Of a DNA stretch of 64,000 bases, positions 12,259 to 26,411 are shown in pieces (position 1 is the first letter of the stretch; each line of letters starts with the position of its first letter). A program made the translations under genes and the position numbers. Source of the DNA: Podarcis pityusensis (taxonomy: Eukaryota). The notes under the pieces are model-generated. The model ran no database searches and was not told the DNA's origin. It worked only from the letters and a program-made list of their open reading frames with translations. The stretch lies in NCBI GenBank assembly GCA_964106645.2, contig OZ067038.1. One strand, given 5' to 3'.

Positions 12259-14150
12259 GTCTGGTGAAAAAAGCATATTAAATGATCAAAAGCTGTCGTG
12301 TCCCTTCACTTCTTTCTGTTTAGTGGTCTTCAGTAGAGCTATCCTTTCACCTTTATTTGGTTAGGTTTATGAGGGGGGTGTGATTCACAAACCCATTTTA
12401 GAGATGCCACTTGTTTTCTTGAAGATAGGTTGGAAATGGTCTCAGCTCTCTGCAGTTTTACAGCCAGACTGCACGTTATTGTGGTATATATACTGAGGGC
12501 AGAGTTCATTTTTTAAAAATGCCTCTTGTCCCATGTAAAAAGTTATCTGCATGTAGTCAATGAAGCTATCGTGATGTTTCTAATTTAGCGTGCCTGATAC
12601 TTCCTTTCTAATATGCTAATTTACTATACAGAGATTAGTTTTTACGTGTGAAAAGAAAAAAAAATACATGCGTGTCATCTACAGTCTGAAAAGATGTGTT
12701 CTGTTCTTTGGCTTTTATGTGGTTCAGTTAAGCGGAATAGGCTTACAGAGATATTTGAACTGAACTTTGAGCACGAACAGCATTTTGGTACAGCAGAAAT
12801 GTAGCCTTCTAGTACACAGTCTGAAGCACAGATGCCAAGTGAAGCATGTTAAATGGATTTTTAGCTCTTCCAAACATTATGATGCGCTAGTATCCAGCAT
12901 TGCTCAGGAATTCTAAGAAACCAAATAATTTGAAATCAGTGGTTAAAATCAATGCAGTACTGAAATGTTCAGTCCACCATCTTGATTCAAAATGGCATCC
13001 AGTTGGAGCCAAATAATACAGATGAACATCAGCTCCTTGATCTCAGGGACAATCATGCAAAATTTGATTATGATGTCCTAAGAGGTGTCCAAATGCAAAC
13101 AAACAACTCCCACAGATAGATACATAGTAGATAAATTAATAGTTGTTGTCATCCAAATAGCTATTTGTCCATAGGCTTGAACGTCATCAGAAGGACTTTT
13201 GTTCTTGGAACAGTTGATGCCCCTCTCTAATGCCATATCATGGATTGCTCATTTCAAAGTTTCCTTCATTTCAAAATCAGTTTGCTACGAAGAATGGAGG
13301 GCAATAGTTCAAGAAAAACCAGCAGAAAGTCCCTTTAGATATGAGAAACCTCTGCAGTTCTCTAAACATAATTAGGTGCGTCAGTATGTCAATAACGTAC
13401 CATCATTTTTCTTATGCTTTCAGATTATTAGAAGCTTCATCTTCTCTGTGTCATGCAGTGGAAAGTTGAACATCTTATACCCTAATTATGAGGACATATG
13501 CATATGTCTGTGTCTAAGTGCGATTCTCTCCACCCCCTGTCCCCTCAACTGGTACTATTCTCAGCTTGTCTACATAATACATCTAGTGATCACATTTCAC
13601 TTTTCCCAATCAGCTTGTCTGCACTCGGCTAGTTTCCAGTCCTTAGCAGGAGAATCAAACTCACCATTTCTTTCACCTTCCTGTTAATTCCACCTCCCTT
13701 GATGAATCTGATTCCTCTGAGCCAGCTGTTTGAGCTCAGCAGAAGCGTGAAACTGACCATTGTATGAAGTTGTGAATTTCACCTCAGTGGTGCCAAGGTT
13801 TGGTTTCATTCTTCTGTTAGGGAGTTTCTGTATCTCCAGACGCAGAAACAGTCTCCAGCCAACACCTTCCTTACTTTGCTCTCCGTATACAGCAGCCTAG
13901 AAGTACTTATCGTAGCCATCCTTGCCTTTCATAGTTTAGTTCTGCGACAAAGAGGAAAAGCCACTAAACCTGTCGTGAAACTGGTACAGGGTGAAACATA
14001 TTTATGGACTGCAGTTTTAAATCCAGAGGACTATGCAATTAAAAAGAAATTGTCATCTGGGCGAGACTTTGGGTAGTGTTTTCCTTAATGCATAACCAGC
14101 AATCACAAATTATGGCAGTATTCTGCCACACAGGACAGGAATATTATGCT

Positions 14151-14349
14151 CAGTGGCAGAGCTTCATGCTCTGGCACCGGGGGGTGGAGAGCAGGCGGGG
14201 GCGGGACTGGTGCGCGTCCTGGGGGCATGACAAATCACCTGCGGGGGTGTGGCGTCCAGCGCAGGCAGGGGGGCAACCGCAATGGCACCCCACTGGGATC
14301 GCGCTGCCAGGGGCGGTGCGCTCCCCTCACTCCTCTTCCTCCGCCAGTG
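14151..14349. mobile_element. GC-rich hAT-type MITE
   Basis: TIRs CAGTGGCAGAG / CTCCGCCAGTG; near-identical 8-bp flanks ATTATGCT (14143-14150) and GTTATGCT (14350-14357). Confidence 0.7.
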
Positions 14350-17300
14350 GTTATGCTACTCTTGTGCAAACTTTAAAAGGGTTAGAGTGCCCAAGTCTTC
14401 TTCATAAATCACTTAAAAGTCGTATGGCATGTTCTTAAACTAGTTTAATCCCATTAAGGAGGGTCCCCTAAGTGGTTGGTGGTTTGCCATCTGCTAGCTA
14501 TAACCTGCAGGAATTCACGTATAAAATAAAGCAGTGCAAGATGCCCTTTTTACACTGTAACTATTTTTGTCTATATTGCTTTAGGAGCACTAATCCAACA
14601 GGATTTTATAATTAAAGTAGTGAGTTTATTATGAAGCATATTGTAGCTATTGTTCAGTCAGCTTGAATGCCTTTGACAGTTACAAATTCAGTGAATAATT
14701 AAATTAGTTGTCACCGTTGCAGTTTATCTCTTTTTGCCTCCAGTAGTAAAACATGCATCAAACAATAAATTGAACATTGCCTACCAGATAGAAGCAAACA
14801 AATGTTATACTACTGGTAGCTGGGGGAAAGCTGGTTATACTTAACAAACACATACCTGTTCATGGGGATTTGTAGGTCCTCCTTCTAAAGGTTAGGAGGC
14901 CTCCTAGAGCAGCAGCAGCCTATCCACACAATTCTGTCCCTCCCTTGAGCACAAAGTCTTCCTGATCATGCATGGTGGGGTAGGCTGGGCTTGGATATTG
15001 CCCATTCTTTGTACATCTCCAATTGGCTGTACTAGATTTCATAAATGCTTTATTGTCCAAGATATGTTCATGTTTATTGTTCAAAATATTTGTGTTCCTT
15101 TGGAAATGCACATTAGTTCCAAGGTGGAGCTTGGTTTAGAGCGAGTTGTCCTTATACCGTTCATCTTTAAAGAACCATGTGTTCCACCATGGTAATCTTC
15201 CACCACCAGCAACATCTTATTTCACAGGAACAAACAACCCTGCAGTGAAAACCGAGGGTAGAATTCAGTGTCGCTGGTGGTGGGGATGCACATGGAGAAC
15301 AAGGTCTGCATATGCAACCGGACTTCTCCTCTCTCTTTCCCCTGTGTGCCCTCTAAACCTTTTCTGAGTCCCCCCCCCCAACCTTCCAGAGAAGATGGGG
15401 GGCAGGGGGAGAAGAGGCGAGAAACATCCCATTGCATTAGCAGACCTTGTTCCACCCACACAACAACTTAGCCGAACCCTGCCACAAGTTGAAAACTGTT
15501 TCTTTTGTCTTCATCTATAGTGGAAGTCTTGTTCTAAATTGCATATTGCCTTTGTTTTAGATAAACGTCCCCCATTAATCAGTTAGGGAGATAACGCCAA
15601 ATTAAATGGTTGGTCCCTGAAAGCCTTTTTCCTAGACGAGTGGTAAAAAAGTGAGTTGCTCTGTTTTGTTTGTGAACCATGACAACCAGATCATTAAAAC
15701 AGTGTCCTGTTCTCTATTATTTGTTTTCTCCTTCTTGTGTGATAAATCACAGCAGTTGTCATCACATATCCCCTCCATCATTCCTTACCTAAGACAAAGC
15801 AGCTATATTTCAGGACAGCTGCACAAATTTTGTCTATAAGGCACTAGAAAAGCTTCTTAGCGGGCAAAGTTGATTAAAATCAATTCTACTTTTCAATAAC
15901 TAGAAGAGTGAGTGGCTAACTCAAATGACCCTTTCCCCCATATCATGTTAAAATTTATTGGACAGCCAAGGGCTGTCCTTACAAGCAATCAAGTGCATAA
16001 ATACATTTCTGTTGCCGTTGTGGTTTCAGCAAATTTTATTATTACAATTTGCTGAAAGCATGGCAGCTACAATGGTGTAATTATATTGCTCATTAAATGC
16101 TTACAAGGCTACCCAAAGTTTGCTTACTATTGGAATCAGAGGGGAGTTTACTTTTTTCAGGTGACTAAGTACTGGAGTGTTAGATGCATGCAGAGGTTTC
16201 TCTTTTGCCTTATTTTTAAGTAGGGCCACATCAAGTCTACCAGCTTCACCTGCCCCACCTTGTCAGTGCACTTGTTCCGCTATTTGATGTTTACACAGGT
16301 CAGTCAAAGGCAACCAAAATATAGCAGGTATGTTGGAGAAGAGAACAGAAACAAAACAGGTATGTTAGGAGGAGACCATGCTGACCAATTCAGCACTTAG
16401 CAGTATTGCTCTCCTACCACAAAAGAATTCCACTCTTGAAGCAGAACTATTCATTCCTTTGCCTGGGACATGTGCTGAGTTGGAGCTGAAGACATGACAG
16501 AGGACAATGTAAGGGTCTAAATCTGAGCTTTAAGATTTCCCATTAAGTCTAAAAGAGAAAAGTGGCAGCAGCTGCAGATCTTTTGGCATACAAGCAGTTT
16601 CTTCTGAAACAAGATCTCATTTCATGCATCTTTGCCAAAAAAGAGAGAGGGAGAGATTAATTAATTAATTAATGAACGGTGGTGAATTGACACGTATTGT
16701 TAAAGAGAATTCTCTTGTTGACGTATGTCTCGGTCAAAGGATTCCTTTCATCGCCTACAGTGTACAAATTTCACTTTTTGGGGAAAAGACAACTTCGACA
16801 AACTGAAAATCAGTTTCTTGGTGAAGCTGAGGCTCCAAACACGACTGTTGTGACTGATTCAGTTTGTGATAAATTGATAATGATAATTAGGACCTCCAAC
16901 TGAGAATGAAATATTGAAAAGGAGGCGTTATTTATAACTGAAAGTAAAGACAGCACTCAAAGATGTCTCACACATACACTCAAGTTTAAAGTGCATTTAT
17001 TCTGGGCTGGTGTGAGTGTGGATCATGAGGAGGAGTGTGGTACTTATTTAGCTCTCTTTCCTGCCCTATATAAAGGTTAGGCATATATTAACATAAACTT
17101 TATCTTTGCAACAACTCTGCGGTAAGCCACAATGAGAAACAATCACTCCAGTTCCTTGAAGTCCAGGGAGAAACCTGTTTAGAGAGACATTGCTGGAGCT
17201 CCATCTGGCATCTTGGACTTGGCATTATTTGCCTAGTAAGCTTCAAGTCTAAGCCAGGATTTGAACACTGGATTCCCACATCAAAGCCCAGTACCATATC

Positions 17301-19068
17301 CCAGGGAATACACCAAGAGATCATTTTCACCAAGGGTATGCAGAGGCAAACACAGCTTAGAATAGACAATAATACTTTGGAATTATTTTTGACAGCAACG
17401 GAATGTTGTGGAGGACTGGGATGGGAGGCCGTGTCTTCCCATCTACTTCCCACAATGCCCTGCGGTCTAAGCGCGATATTGTACTATACCTTTAAAGCAC
17501 ATTCAGAGCTCATCTTTTCCTTCAAAGGATTCCCGGCACCCTAGTTTACCATTCACAGAGTTACAGTTCCCAGCAACCCTCAACAAACTACAATGCGCAG
17601 AATTCTTCGAGGGGGAAAGTGTGCTTTGAAGGTAGACTGTGCATGGAGACTTAGGTGGAGAGAAGCAGATTGGCAAAGCCCTTTGTTCCTCCCCAACCCT
17701 CATTTCAAGACAGGGCTGCAGTGCGTTCCTTTCCAGTTTGCCTTAAATTAGTGGGTCCCCAGTCATGCTCTCCTCCTCTTTCCATTAGTCACCCTCTGCC
17801 CTTTTTTAAAAAATCATGGATAGCTGCAACTTCTTAGAAAAGCTTCCATCTTTCTCCACTTCTGTTTGTGCATTCCAGCAACATACACACCCGTCTCCCT
17901 GGAGGCCTATCGGCTTGCAGCCTCTCCCAGCTCCAGCACCAGGGTGTGGCCTTCCCCTTCCCATTAAAAATAGGACACAAATTTGGTTCAGAAATAATCA
18001 AGAAGCCCCAAGATCTCAAGCTAGTAAAAATGAAAATATATTTGGTTATTTGGGATCAATTGAGCACTCTCCAGGAGGTGTCCTGCTGCCTATTTTGGCA
18101 AGGAGCACATGAAAATACTGGAAAAGCATGGATTTATCTGCTTCCATCCCATGGCATTTAGTTTTGCAGCACAGTGCTAATTTGCCAGAAAAATTCAAAA
18201 GGCTATTCATTCCTTTCCAAAGACACCTTTATGAAAGCTCAAGTGGGTATCAAATTCTATGCCCTAGAGTTTCATCCCATTAGTTGCTAGATGACGGACA
18301 TAATCCATCGTGTTGACGGTCAGAAACTAGAGCTCACGTGGCAAGGCCAAAATGAAACAAACATATATTATATTTTAAGACCTCCAAGAAAGTAAGAAAC
18401 GAGGATGCAGTGGAAAATATACACTGCAGATGTTGCAGAGTCTGCAGTCCTGTTGGAAATGAGCAGAAGAGTTTCAGGGGAACATCAGCTTGGGGCTACT
18501 CCCTGCCCTCTTTGAAAATAGCAGTGGAGGAGTAGTCTTGAAACTCACTTCTGCATCAAGCGGAAAATAGTACACATTCATACTATTATAGCATTTTTAT
18601 GGAGTTACAAGTTTTGACACTTATCTTAGTGGTGATGATGCGCATCAGCTATTTCCACATGGTAGTTTTTAGAAATTTTGGCCTGGGAACTTATTTCCTT
18701 TCAGAGTACTGTGTTCTCAGAATAATAAAAACTTGTAGTGCATTTAAATTATGGTTTACATGCTTTCACAGAGAGAGATTATCTCCCTTTTTGGGGGGGG
18801 GGGACACCCCATGTTTTCAGGATGTACATTGAGTGTAATCTTAACCACCTAAATATTCCGAAGTACATACTTTTGAATTCAACTGGGGCTTTATTCCTGA
18901 GTCCTGGGTAATTGTGGTTCTACCGAGAGTAAGTCTATTGCACTCAGTGGGACGTACTTTTGAGTAGATAGGAATGCAGTATAAATAACTTCTTTTATTT
19001 AACTCTGTACGGGTTCTTTGTTTTATATCACTGTTAACAATCACTCATAAATAATGGTTTGTTTCCAG

Positions 19069-19209
19069 CTCAGAGAATCATTTAAAGACCTCAAAAAGAA
19101 ATTCAATAACATGAAATTCAACTATAGCAAGAAAACTGAAAAAGCGCGAAATCTGAAGACTCTGAGAATTCAGATTCAGCAAGTTGATGCGTATTCTGAA
19201 AAAATGCAG
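19069..19209 (+). CDS. CCDC141: CCDC141 coding exon ([22 protein letters not shown]...YSEKMQ)
   Basis: TCCAG|CTC acceptor, CAG|GTAACA donor, 141 nt; matches the recalled CCDC141 motif FKDxKKKFNNxKFNY. Confidence 0.92.
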
Positions 19210-19368
19210 GTAACAATTATAGTTGTTGAGTCATGGCCTGCATGATATGTATCTCAAAGATGCACCATGATGACTGACAACATTCAGCAGATAGTTTTCA
19301 TATCACAGCTGATGAAACAGAACACCAAAGGTCACACATCCTTTTTCTTTTAGCAATTGGCTTAGGGT

Positions 19369-19370
<2 letters not shown>

Positions 19371-19401
<31 letters not shown>
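19371..19401. repeat. (GT)n microsatellite; others are (TA)n at about 1227-1252, 48591-48631 and 51413-51445, and (TAA)n at about 59028-59054 and 63375-63416
   Basis: Directly visible in the sequence. Confidence 0.95.
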
Positions 19402-19403
<2 letters not shown>

Positions 19404-19820
19404 CAAGTTCAAAACTGACTCAACATTTCATGTCTGTCTTCAAAGCATTATGCAATTATTATATGATTTAAAATCAACAAAAGCCAAGACCAATAGTGGA
19501 AGGAAGCCATGGTTGCTAAAGTGGTATCAAAATTCTTTAAATATATTGTGCAGGCATGGCCTAAAGCTAGGGAGAAATCTACCACCTAGCTATCAGCCCC
19601 ACCAAGTTAACCAGACAATGTAGAGCAGTAATGGCCAAGCTGTGCCTTCAGAGACTAATTAAAAAGTTTTCAGTTCCACGGAAGTTGTAAATACCTACTA
19701 AATGCAGAAATGTGTGTTTGTTTCCTGTGCTTTTCCGTTATCTGTGGCGATTTCAGATAGAGTAAGTTTTTGCTCTATTGAACGTGTCTCTGACTATTCT
19801 TACTGTGTTCCTTGGAACAG

Positions 19821-20015
19821 GTACTGAGAAAGAAGACTGATAATCTAAAGAAGAAAATCTTAGATTCCTTAGCAACTCAGCCTAGTGATAAAGCTGAGAT
19901 ACTCTCTGGCTCAATCAACGAATTAGAGAAACAGCTGAGTGAATTTGGCAAGATTATGGAGGATTACAAACAAAATTTGGATCTGATGGAGCGTCTGCAG
20001 CAGATGATGGAAGAG
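19821..20015 (+). CDS. CCDC141: CCDC141 coding exon (VLRKKTDNLKK...RLQQMMEE)
   Basis: AACAG|GTA acceptor, GAG|GTATAC donor, 195 nt, coiled-coil composition. Confidence 0.9.
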
Positions 20016-20849
20016 GTATACAAAAACCACAAATGCACTTTACAGATGTGTTAAGGGGCCAGTTCGAGGTATGGGACTAACGTACATTGCCTATGTGCAT
20101 CTCATCCATCATTTCATACTTTTTTTAAATGGACCAGAGACTTTGTGGAAAGAACCTGGAGTTAAATTACTATAATAGTTCTCATTCATCTAATGCCTGT
20201 TCACACCCCAGACTTCAAGACTTGTTTATTGAGTGAAAGTTGAGTGATTATGTAAATGCCAGTGGTGTGTTTGATTGTGTTGTGTAGTATTGTGTAGAGT
20301 GTATGGAAATGATTTTTGTGACTGTTGTTTTTGTAATACTTATGAGACTTTCTGCATTATATTGCATTCTGATGTTCCATCTTGATGCATATTGATGTTT
20401 TGCATATGATTTGATTTGTGATTCTTATATTTATTGTTGTTTAATTATGTTACTTAAAAGGTAGAATTTTTATCATTAATGGTAATAGTAGTAATAGGTT
20501 GTCACCATAGTATTCTTTTGGTGTTGAATGTTGAATTTGCATTGTATTTCTTACATTGACTCTTTTTGTTAGCATATGTGAACCACACACACACCCTATT
20601 TAAAGTTATAGGCTATCGATAATATAATGGCTTTTTCTAAATTAAGCAGCAGGGTTCAGTTTTGGGATAGTTTTTTGCCATGTACTCTTGAATATCGGTA
20701 AAGATCACACGGACCCCAAAATAAAAACACAACAATTAGCATTATGGAAAGGATTAGACATGGTTTGACATCGTTGATTGAGCCATCAGTGATTTAACTG
20801 GAAAATATGTTTTAATATACTGGGATTTTCTGTTTCATTTCTCTCATAG

Positions 20850-21033
20850 TGTCTATTTTGGTGTGAAGAAGCAAGTGCTACAGTAGTTAGAGTTGAAAAA
20901 TATTCATCAGAGTGTAAGACGAGGGAGGCAGTAGAAACACTTTACAAGCAATTCAACAAGTTTGTTGAGCCGATGGTTCCTCAGCAAGAGGAAAGAATTC
21001 AGCAGATTACAAACCTCGCTAAAGACTTATATG
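20850..21033 (+). CDS. CCDC141: CCDC141 coding exon ([24 protein letters not shown]...LAKDLYG)
   Basis: CATAG|TGT acceptor, G|GTAAGA donor, 184 nt, phase 0/1; spectrin-repeat W motif. Confidence 0.92.
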
Positions 21034-21094
21034 GTAAGAACCTATTATTTTGGAACTTCTATGTACATTTTGGGGGAAGAAGGGAGATGAGCTT

Positions 21095-21400
21095 ACCGTA
21101 TTTTTCTGTGTATAAGATGACCCCTATTTTTTTAACCCGAAATTAAGTTGTTTAGCTTTTGGGGGGAGTGGGGGAGGTCACTTCCGCCAATCGCTCAGTC
21201 CGCCAGCCCACCACTGCCGATCGCACACCTCGCCGCAGCCAATTGTCTGCCCGCTCGCCACCACCAACAGCCTACCCGCCCACTTGCCGCAGTCGCCAAT
21301 CACCTGCCCAATTGCCGCAGCCGCAGCCAATCGCCAGCAGGCCTTGCCGCAGCCACCAATCACCCACCCAATCACCACTGCCAAACTCCTTCTTGCTGCT
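21095..21400. repeat. DNA-transposon-like end (TACCGTATTTTTTC...TATAAGA) followed by a GC-rich minisatellite (GCCGCAGCCGCCAATC-like units)
   Basis: About 10 degenerate ~18-20-bp units between 21184 and 21395. Confidence 0.6.
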
Positions 21401-21702
21401 GCCATTAATCGCACGTCCCCCTCTGCATTCACTATCCTGACTCCCCCCAAATATCCTCTGGAAGAGAGAGAGGGGGATTCTTCTGTCTGGCAAATAGAAA
21501 TGCTCACACTGAAGGAAGGATTAGAAGAATGTGATGCTGAATTCCTCCCGTGATAAGAAATTATGCACTTTGTTACACAGAGATGTCGGTCTATACTGTA
21601 AAAATATATATATTAAAAATCTAAACCTAAAGCTAGATACATTTTTACTACATCGGGCTAATATAAATGTTGTGCTCCTGCTCAATTTTTCGTAAACTAC
21701 AG

Positions 21703-21815
21703 GTATTGAAGATGGAAAGAAATACATCGAGAAAATAGGAGTGAAACACAAAGAAGTTCTTGATTCTATCAGTGAACTGTGTAGCTCCTTAACAGAACTT
21801 GAAGACAAGCTTGGG
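21703..21815 (+). CDS. CCDC141: CCDC141 coding exon (GIEDGKKYIEK...ELEDKLG)
   Basis: TACAG|GT acceptor, GGG|GTAATT donor, 113 nt, phase 1/0, which restores the frame. Confidence 0.9.
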
Positions 21816-23323
21816 GTAATTAGTTTTCCATATTGGAACCTATATTTGATTTGTGTACTGTACACCAATTCTGTATGCCCCTGTGCTTAGAACAAATATG
21901 GATTGCTTCAGTTGACATATTCAGGGTCGGAGGGGAATTTTGCCCTCAGGCTGATTTGTGTCTGTCTGGGGTTTCTTGCCTTCCTCCTAGCAACCATCAC
22001 AGCTTTGATGGCAATGGCATTGGGTATGACCTTTAGTCTTTGTTGGAGGTGAAGATTCAGGCCTCTTCCATCTACCTCCATGGCAGCAGGATATCTCAGC
22101 GGAGGTGCTTCTGGCCAAACACCCAAGTGGGGACTGAGGGCCATAAGCACTTCCCAGCATGGCAAACGAGTCAGATTGTATCTGGTGCATGTTATAGGCC
22201 ATCCTTTAACAGGTTTGACCCTCACCCCCCACACAATTGTCCAGCAGGCAGGCTGGATAATACGGGAGATGTCTAGTGCCATGTCCAACTCACTCACATC
22301 TGTTGTGACCTACTTTGAACCCAAGGTACTTGTCCAAGTCTTTTCTTTAACTGGAGCAGGCTGCGGGTCACATCACCTGGGCATTCAAACTCAATGGGCT
22401 CTTTATTTTAAAGCATTTATATGCTGCTTTTCTAAATAAATAAAATCGTTCCAGGCACCAACCATAAATAAAAATGTTCCAGACACCAACCAGAACAGAA
22501 TAAAATGGTGTCCCCAAAAGAGCAATTCAAACAACAAATTATGTAATCATAATTCACAAAAACAGTAGAAGATCTCTACAGCTGAATTTTGTCTATTTAC
22601 AGGAGTCCCTGCAATATGTATGTCCCATCCGACACTATGATCATTAGGGTAGCTACCATGTGACTCATAACCTATTACGATGGCAAAAATTAGATTAATA
22701 TGCCTCCAAAGGTCAACCCAGTTGATCTACTCAGAAGAGTCCTGCTTTATTTAGCCTCATAAATGTCAATAAAATAAAAATGAAATTTATGAGGCCTGTT
22801 TTTAACTCTTTTCCCTCTAAGCCTTGAAAGGGGGGGCGGTTATTGGGTTGATTTTATTTTGATTATATATTTTGTGGCTTTATATTTTGATTTTGTTCTG
22901 TGAACTGCCCTAAGACCTCCGGGTATAGAGCGGTATATAAATTCAATAAATCATCATCATCCTTTTAAAAAAGCATGTGAAAATAGTCCATTTTTAGATG
23001 ATCACTTCTACCCGTCCCAAGCCAGTGGATAATGGGAGTTGTAGTTCAGAAACATCTGGAGGGTTGGAGGGAACCACACTGGAGGGAACCACACCTACTT
23101 TAATTTTTTATCTCAATTTTTTGTTTCAGATGCTGCTGTGTCTTTATTCATTTATGTCCGTTCACTTGTAGTTTTGGTTTTCATTGTATTATATTTTATT
23201 GTGTTAAAAGCTACTGGCATAATTAAAGCTAAAAGGAATAACTATATAGGATATGTTTGACAAAGTCAGTCATTCTTTTTATTGCCTTGCTCAGCTACCA
23301 TAGCTCCTTTTTCCATTTGACAG

Positions 23324-23446
23324 GAAGACTCACTAAAGGGGAAAGCACAAAATTCTGGTAATTTTGAGGATGAGCAAGAAGCAGAACAGAAACAGATGAC
23401 AAGCAAGGAAAATCTAAAAGAAAAAACAAATGAGCTAAAACAACAG
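23324..23446 (+). CDS. CCDC141: CCDC141 coding exon, charged linker (EDSLKGKAQ...NELKQQ)
   Basis: Pyrimidine tract plus GACAG|GAA acceptor, CAG|GTTTGC donor, 123 nt, open. Confidence 0.75.
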
Positions 23447-23861
23447 GTTTGCAAACCTTTTCAACCATCTTACTTCTGGGTGAATTAATCTCAGGTCAAT
23501 GAAAACTGGTTTTAGGGGAGCTATTCACACAGGCACATAATATTGCCTTACTGCGATCTTGCGGGGGCTGCCATTTCCTGTCCAGTATGGTAGGCTGGGA
23601 GCCGGGAGCTGGAGGGTTCACTTCACACAGCTGGGGGCGGGGGGAATGCAAGACCTTCCTTTCCACCTGGCATGCTAAACTGCCCAATTGGGTGAGTGTT
23701 GTGGGGTTAGGGGCCTGGGGACCACCAGGACCACCTTCCCCCATAAGAGGGTGAGGCACGGCCTCTTGCCCACATGGAGCTCCTTGACACAGAGTTCAGA
23801 CCATCCAGGCTGTACAGTTTGAGGACATAGTTATAGAATTGTTGGCAGGTAACAAAGCGTC

Positions 23862-24350
23862 CAGCATCTTAAAAAGCAGAGAGAAAGGTCCATATAGTTA
23901 AAGCTATGGTTTTCCCAGTAGTGATGTATGGAAGTGAGAGCTGGACCATAAAGAAGGCTGATCGCCGAAGAATTGATGCTTTTGAATTATGGTGCTGGAG
24001 CAGACTCTTGAGAGTCCCATGGACTGCAAGAAGATCAAGCCTATCCATTCTGAAGGAAATCAGCCCTGAGTGCTCACTGGAAGGACAGATCCTGAAGCTG
24101 AGACTCCAATACTTTGGCCACCTCATGAGAAGACAAGACTCCCTGGTTAAGATCCTGATGTTGGGAAAGATGGAGGGCACAAGGAGAAGGGGACAACAGA
24201 GGACGAGATGGTTGGACAGTGTTGTCGAAGCTACCAGCATGAGTTTGACCAAACTGCGGGAGGCAGTGGAAGACAGGAGTGCCTGGCGTGCTCTGGTCCA
24301 TGGGGTCACGAAGAGTCGGACACGACTAAACGACTAAACAACAACAACAA
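23862..24350 (+). mobile_element. BovB (RTE-clade LINE) 3' fragment with (CAA)n tail
   Basis: ORF 23906-24337 (MVFPVVMYGSESWTIKKADRRRIDAFELWCW...LKLRLQYFGHLMRR...VTKSRTRLND) is the characteristic BovB RT C-terminus. Confidence 0.95.
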
Positions 24351-24781
24351 AACATAATGACTTTGGTAGATAAGCCATTGAGTGGCATCCTTTAACATCA
24401 GGGTAGCCTGTTAAAAGGATCTGGGAAGGAGCAGTACTGTCCGAGAGCCCACATGGGGGCCATAGCACCCCTTCCATGATGCGGCGTTCGCATGAACGGC
24501 ACACTTGATCCATTTCCGACCCAATTGTGAGTTCAACCAGTAGGCGGGCTGGTTAAGGTGGATACTTAGCCAGTGCATTTGCCAAGCTGGTTTACCTCTG
24601 CCTAATGCAACTGGGACATACAGACACTCATCCAGAATCTTGTGGGATTCGGCTGAAGGAATAATCCCTTGTCTTGAAAATATATCTTTAGGGAAACAAT
24701 TTATTACATATTGAGCCATTTAGCTTTCTTAGTGTCCATGTTCAATGCACTCATTTTATTTGCTTACTGGCTTACTTACAG

Positions 24782-24859
24782 ATGGAGTCGAGCACATTAG
24801 CTGAAAGCCCAGTTGCAACTAAGACTCTGAACACTGTTGCCTCTGCCAACACTAGAAAG
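24782..24859 (+). CDS. CCDC141: CCDC141 small coding exon (MESSTLAESPVATKTLNTVASANTRK)
   Basis: TTACAG|ATG acceptor, AAG|GTAATC donor, 78 nt, phase 0/0. Confidence 0.7.
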
Positions 24860-26411
24860 GTAATCAGTTTTGTTCTAAAATGTTTGTAAACCAAGGTTAT
24901 TCAAAGCAAAATGACTTGCATTCAGAAAACAAAAATAAGAAAAATTCCCAACCTACCTATATAGATTACTTTTGTTGCAGTGTTTCCTTGTGTTCCTTTT
25001 CTTTAGTGACTGGGCTCATCTTTTGTCTGATGCTTACATAATTAGCTCCTTGGCACAAACATCCTCTAAAAGTGCTAGCCCAATGAAACTCTCAATTCAG
25101 TTTCTTACATGCTGTTTAAAAAATACAATTGTCTCATCTAAACCACCTGCATTTATTCTTCAAGAGTCTTTTACATAGCACAGCATGATTTATTATTATT
25201 GAGGGTAGCATACTATAGTCCGGATCACTGATTTGTAACATATTTTTGTCATACCGGCTAATGAATTTGAAATTTTGCCTGAAATCATGTGTGTACGCAA
25301 GTCCATTATTAGTAGAAAAGTTTTTGACAGGTGCTTTTCAACCCTATCATTATAATGATTAAGAACCAGGGGCATGACTTACAGACAAGCACCCTTCTTT
25401 CTTGGTTCAATTGCGAGTATTCACTCACTGAATAAAGCTGAGGTCAGAGGTGGCACCTTGGGGCGAAGATTGGGGTGCCTTGCGGCTCACGGAAGCCTTG
25501 CCCAGTGCCACACACAGCTTTAATGGCTGAGGATCCTCCTCTCTCGTGCTCAGAAAGAACATGTTTTTGATGCTGCACTGCACTGGCCTTAGCGGCTCAG
25601 CCTCCTCCGCCCCCTCAATATTAGGGGGGCTGAGCCCCCTACAAAAGGAATAGTGAGGGGGCTGACAGCACCTCCACCCACCTAGAGTTGGCAACTTGCC
25701 TGAGTTACAGCTGCAACTTCTTTGTTGGAAAAAGAACTTGCAGCCTCTGCATTAGATCACTGGCCAGTTGAGGACTATTAGCAGTATAGATTCTTTGATT
25801 TCATTTGGAGTGGAGAGAATTCTGAGCTGCAGCTGTTTTTAATAAATCACAAAATGATTGGGGAGGAAAGAGGCTAAAGCATAGATATGGGACTGACTAC
25901 CTTTGAGAATGGGAAGCATTGATTGAGCCTAAGGGGGAAATGGCTAATTTGTAAGAGAGTTAAAGGAGTGGGATTGATATCAGAAGTCTGGAACACTCCT
26001 AGGAAAGAACTACAGAAGTGGAAATGGGAAGGAGAGGGGTACCAGTAATTGTTGCCCACCCCAAGCCCTTTGGACAGGATGCGCTGCTTTATTTAAAAAG
26101 AATTGCTATAAGGATTTATTATTGTTGATAGAACTGAAAAGTCCCATGATAATAAGCTTGATTTCATACTGTAACTAAATTGTAAACGAATACTTTTTAC
26201 ATTCTACCAGTCACATAGCTCATTTATTGTGTTTTCAGAAATTAAATTCCCCTGTAAAATAAAACATGTCGTAGAAATATTTGAAGGGGAATGAAAATCC
26301 TATTCAACTCAGTGCATAACAGGGAAACAATAAACAATAATAATTCAATTATCTTTGTTCAGTCACTCTCTTTCTCCCTCCCTCCTTTTCTCTCTCTCTC
26401 TCTTTTCTTAG

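Noticed and set aside
21148-21553. Several overlapping Pro/Ala-rich ORFs
   Set aside because: Artefact of a GC-rich minisatellite.
23869-24309. Minus-strand 146-aa ORF, and the plus-strand ORF at 61419-61622
   Set aside because: Antisense shadows of the BovB and CR1 coding fragments.
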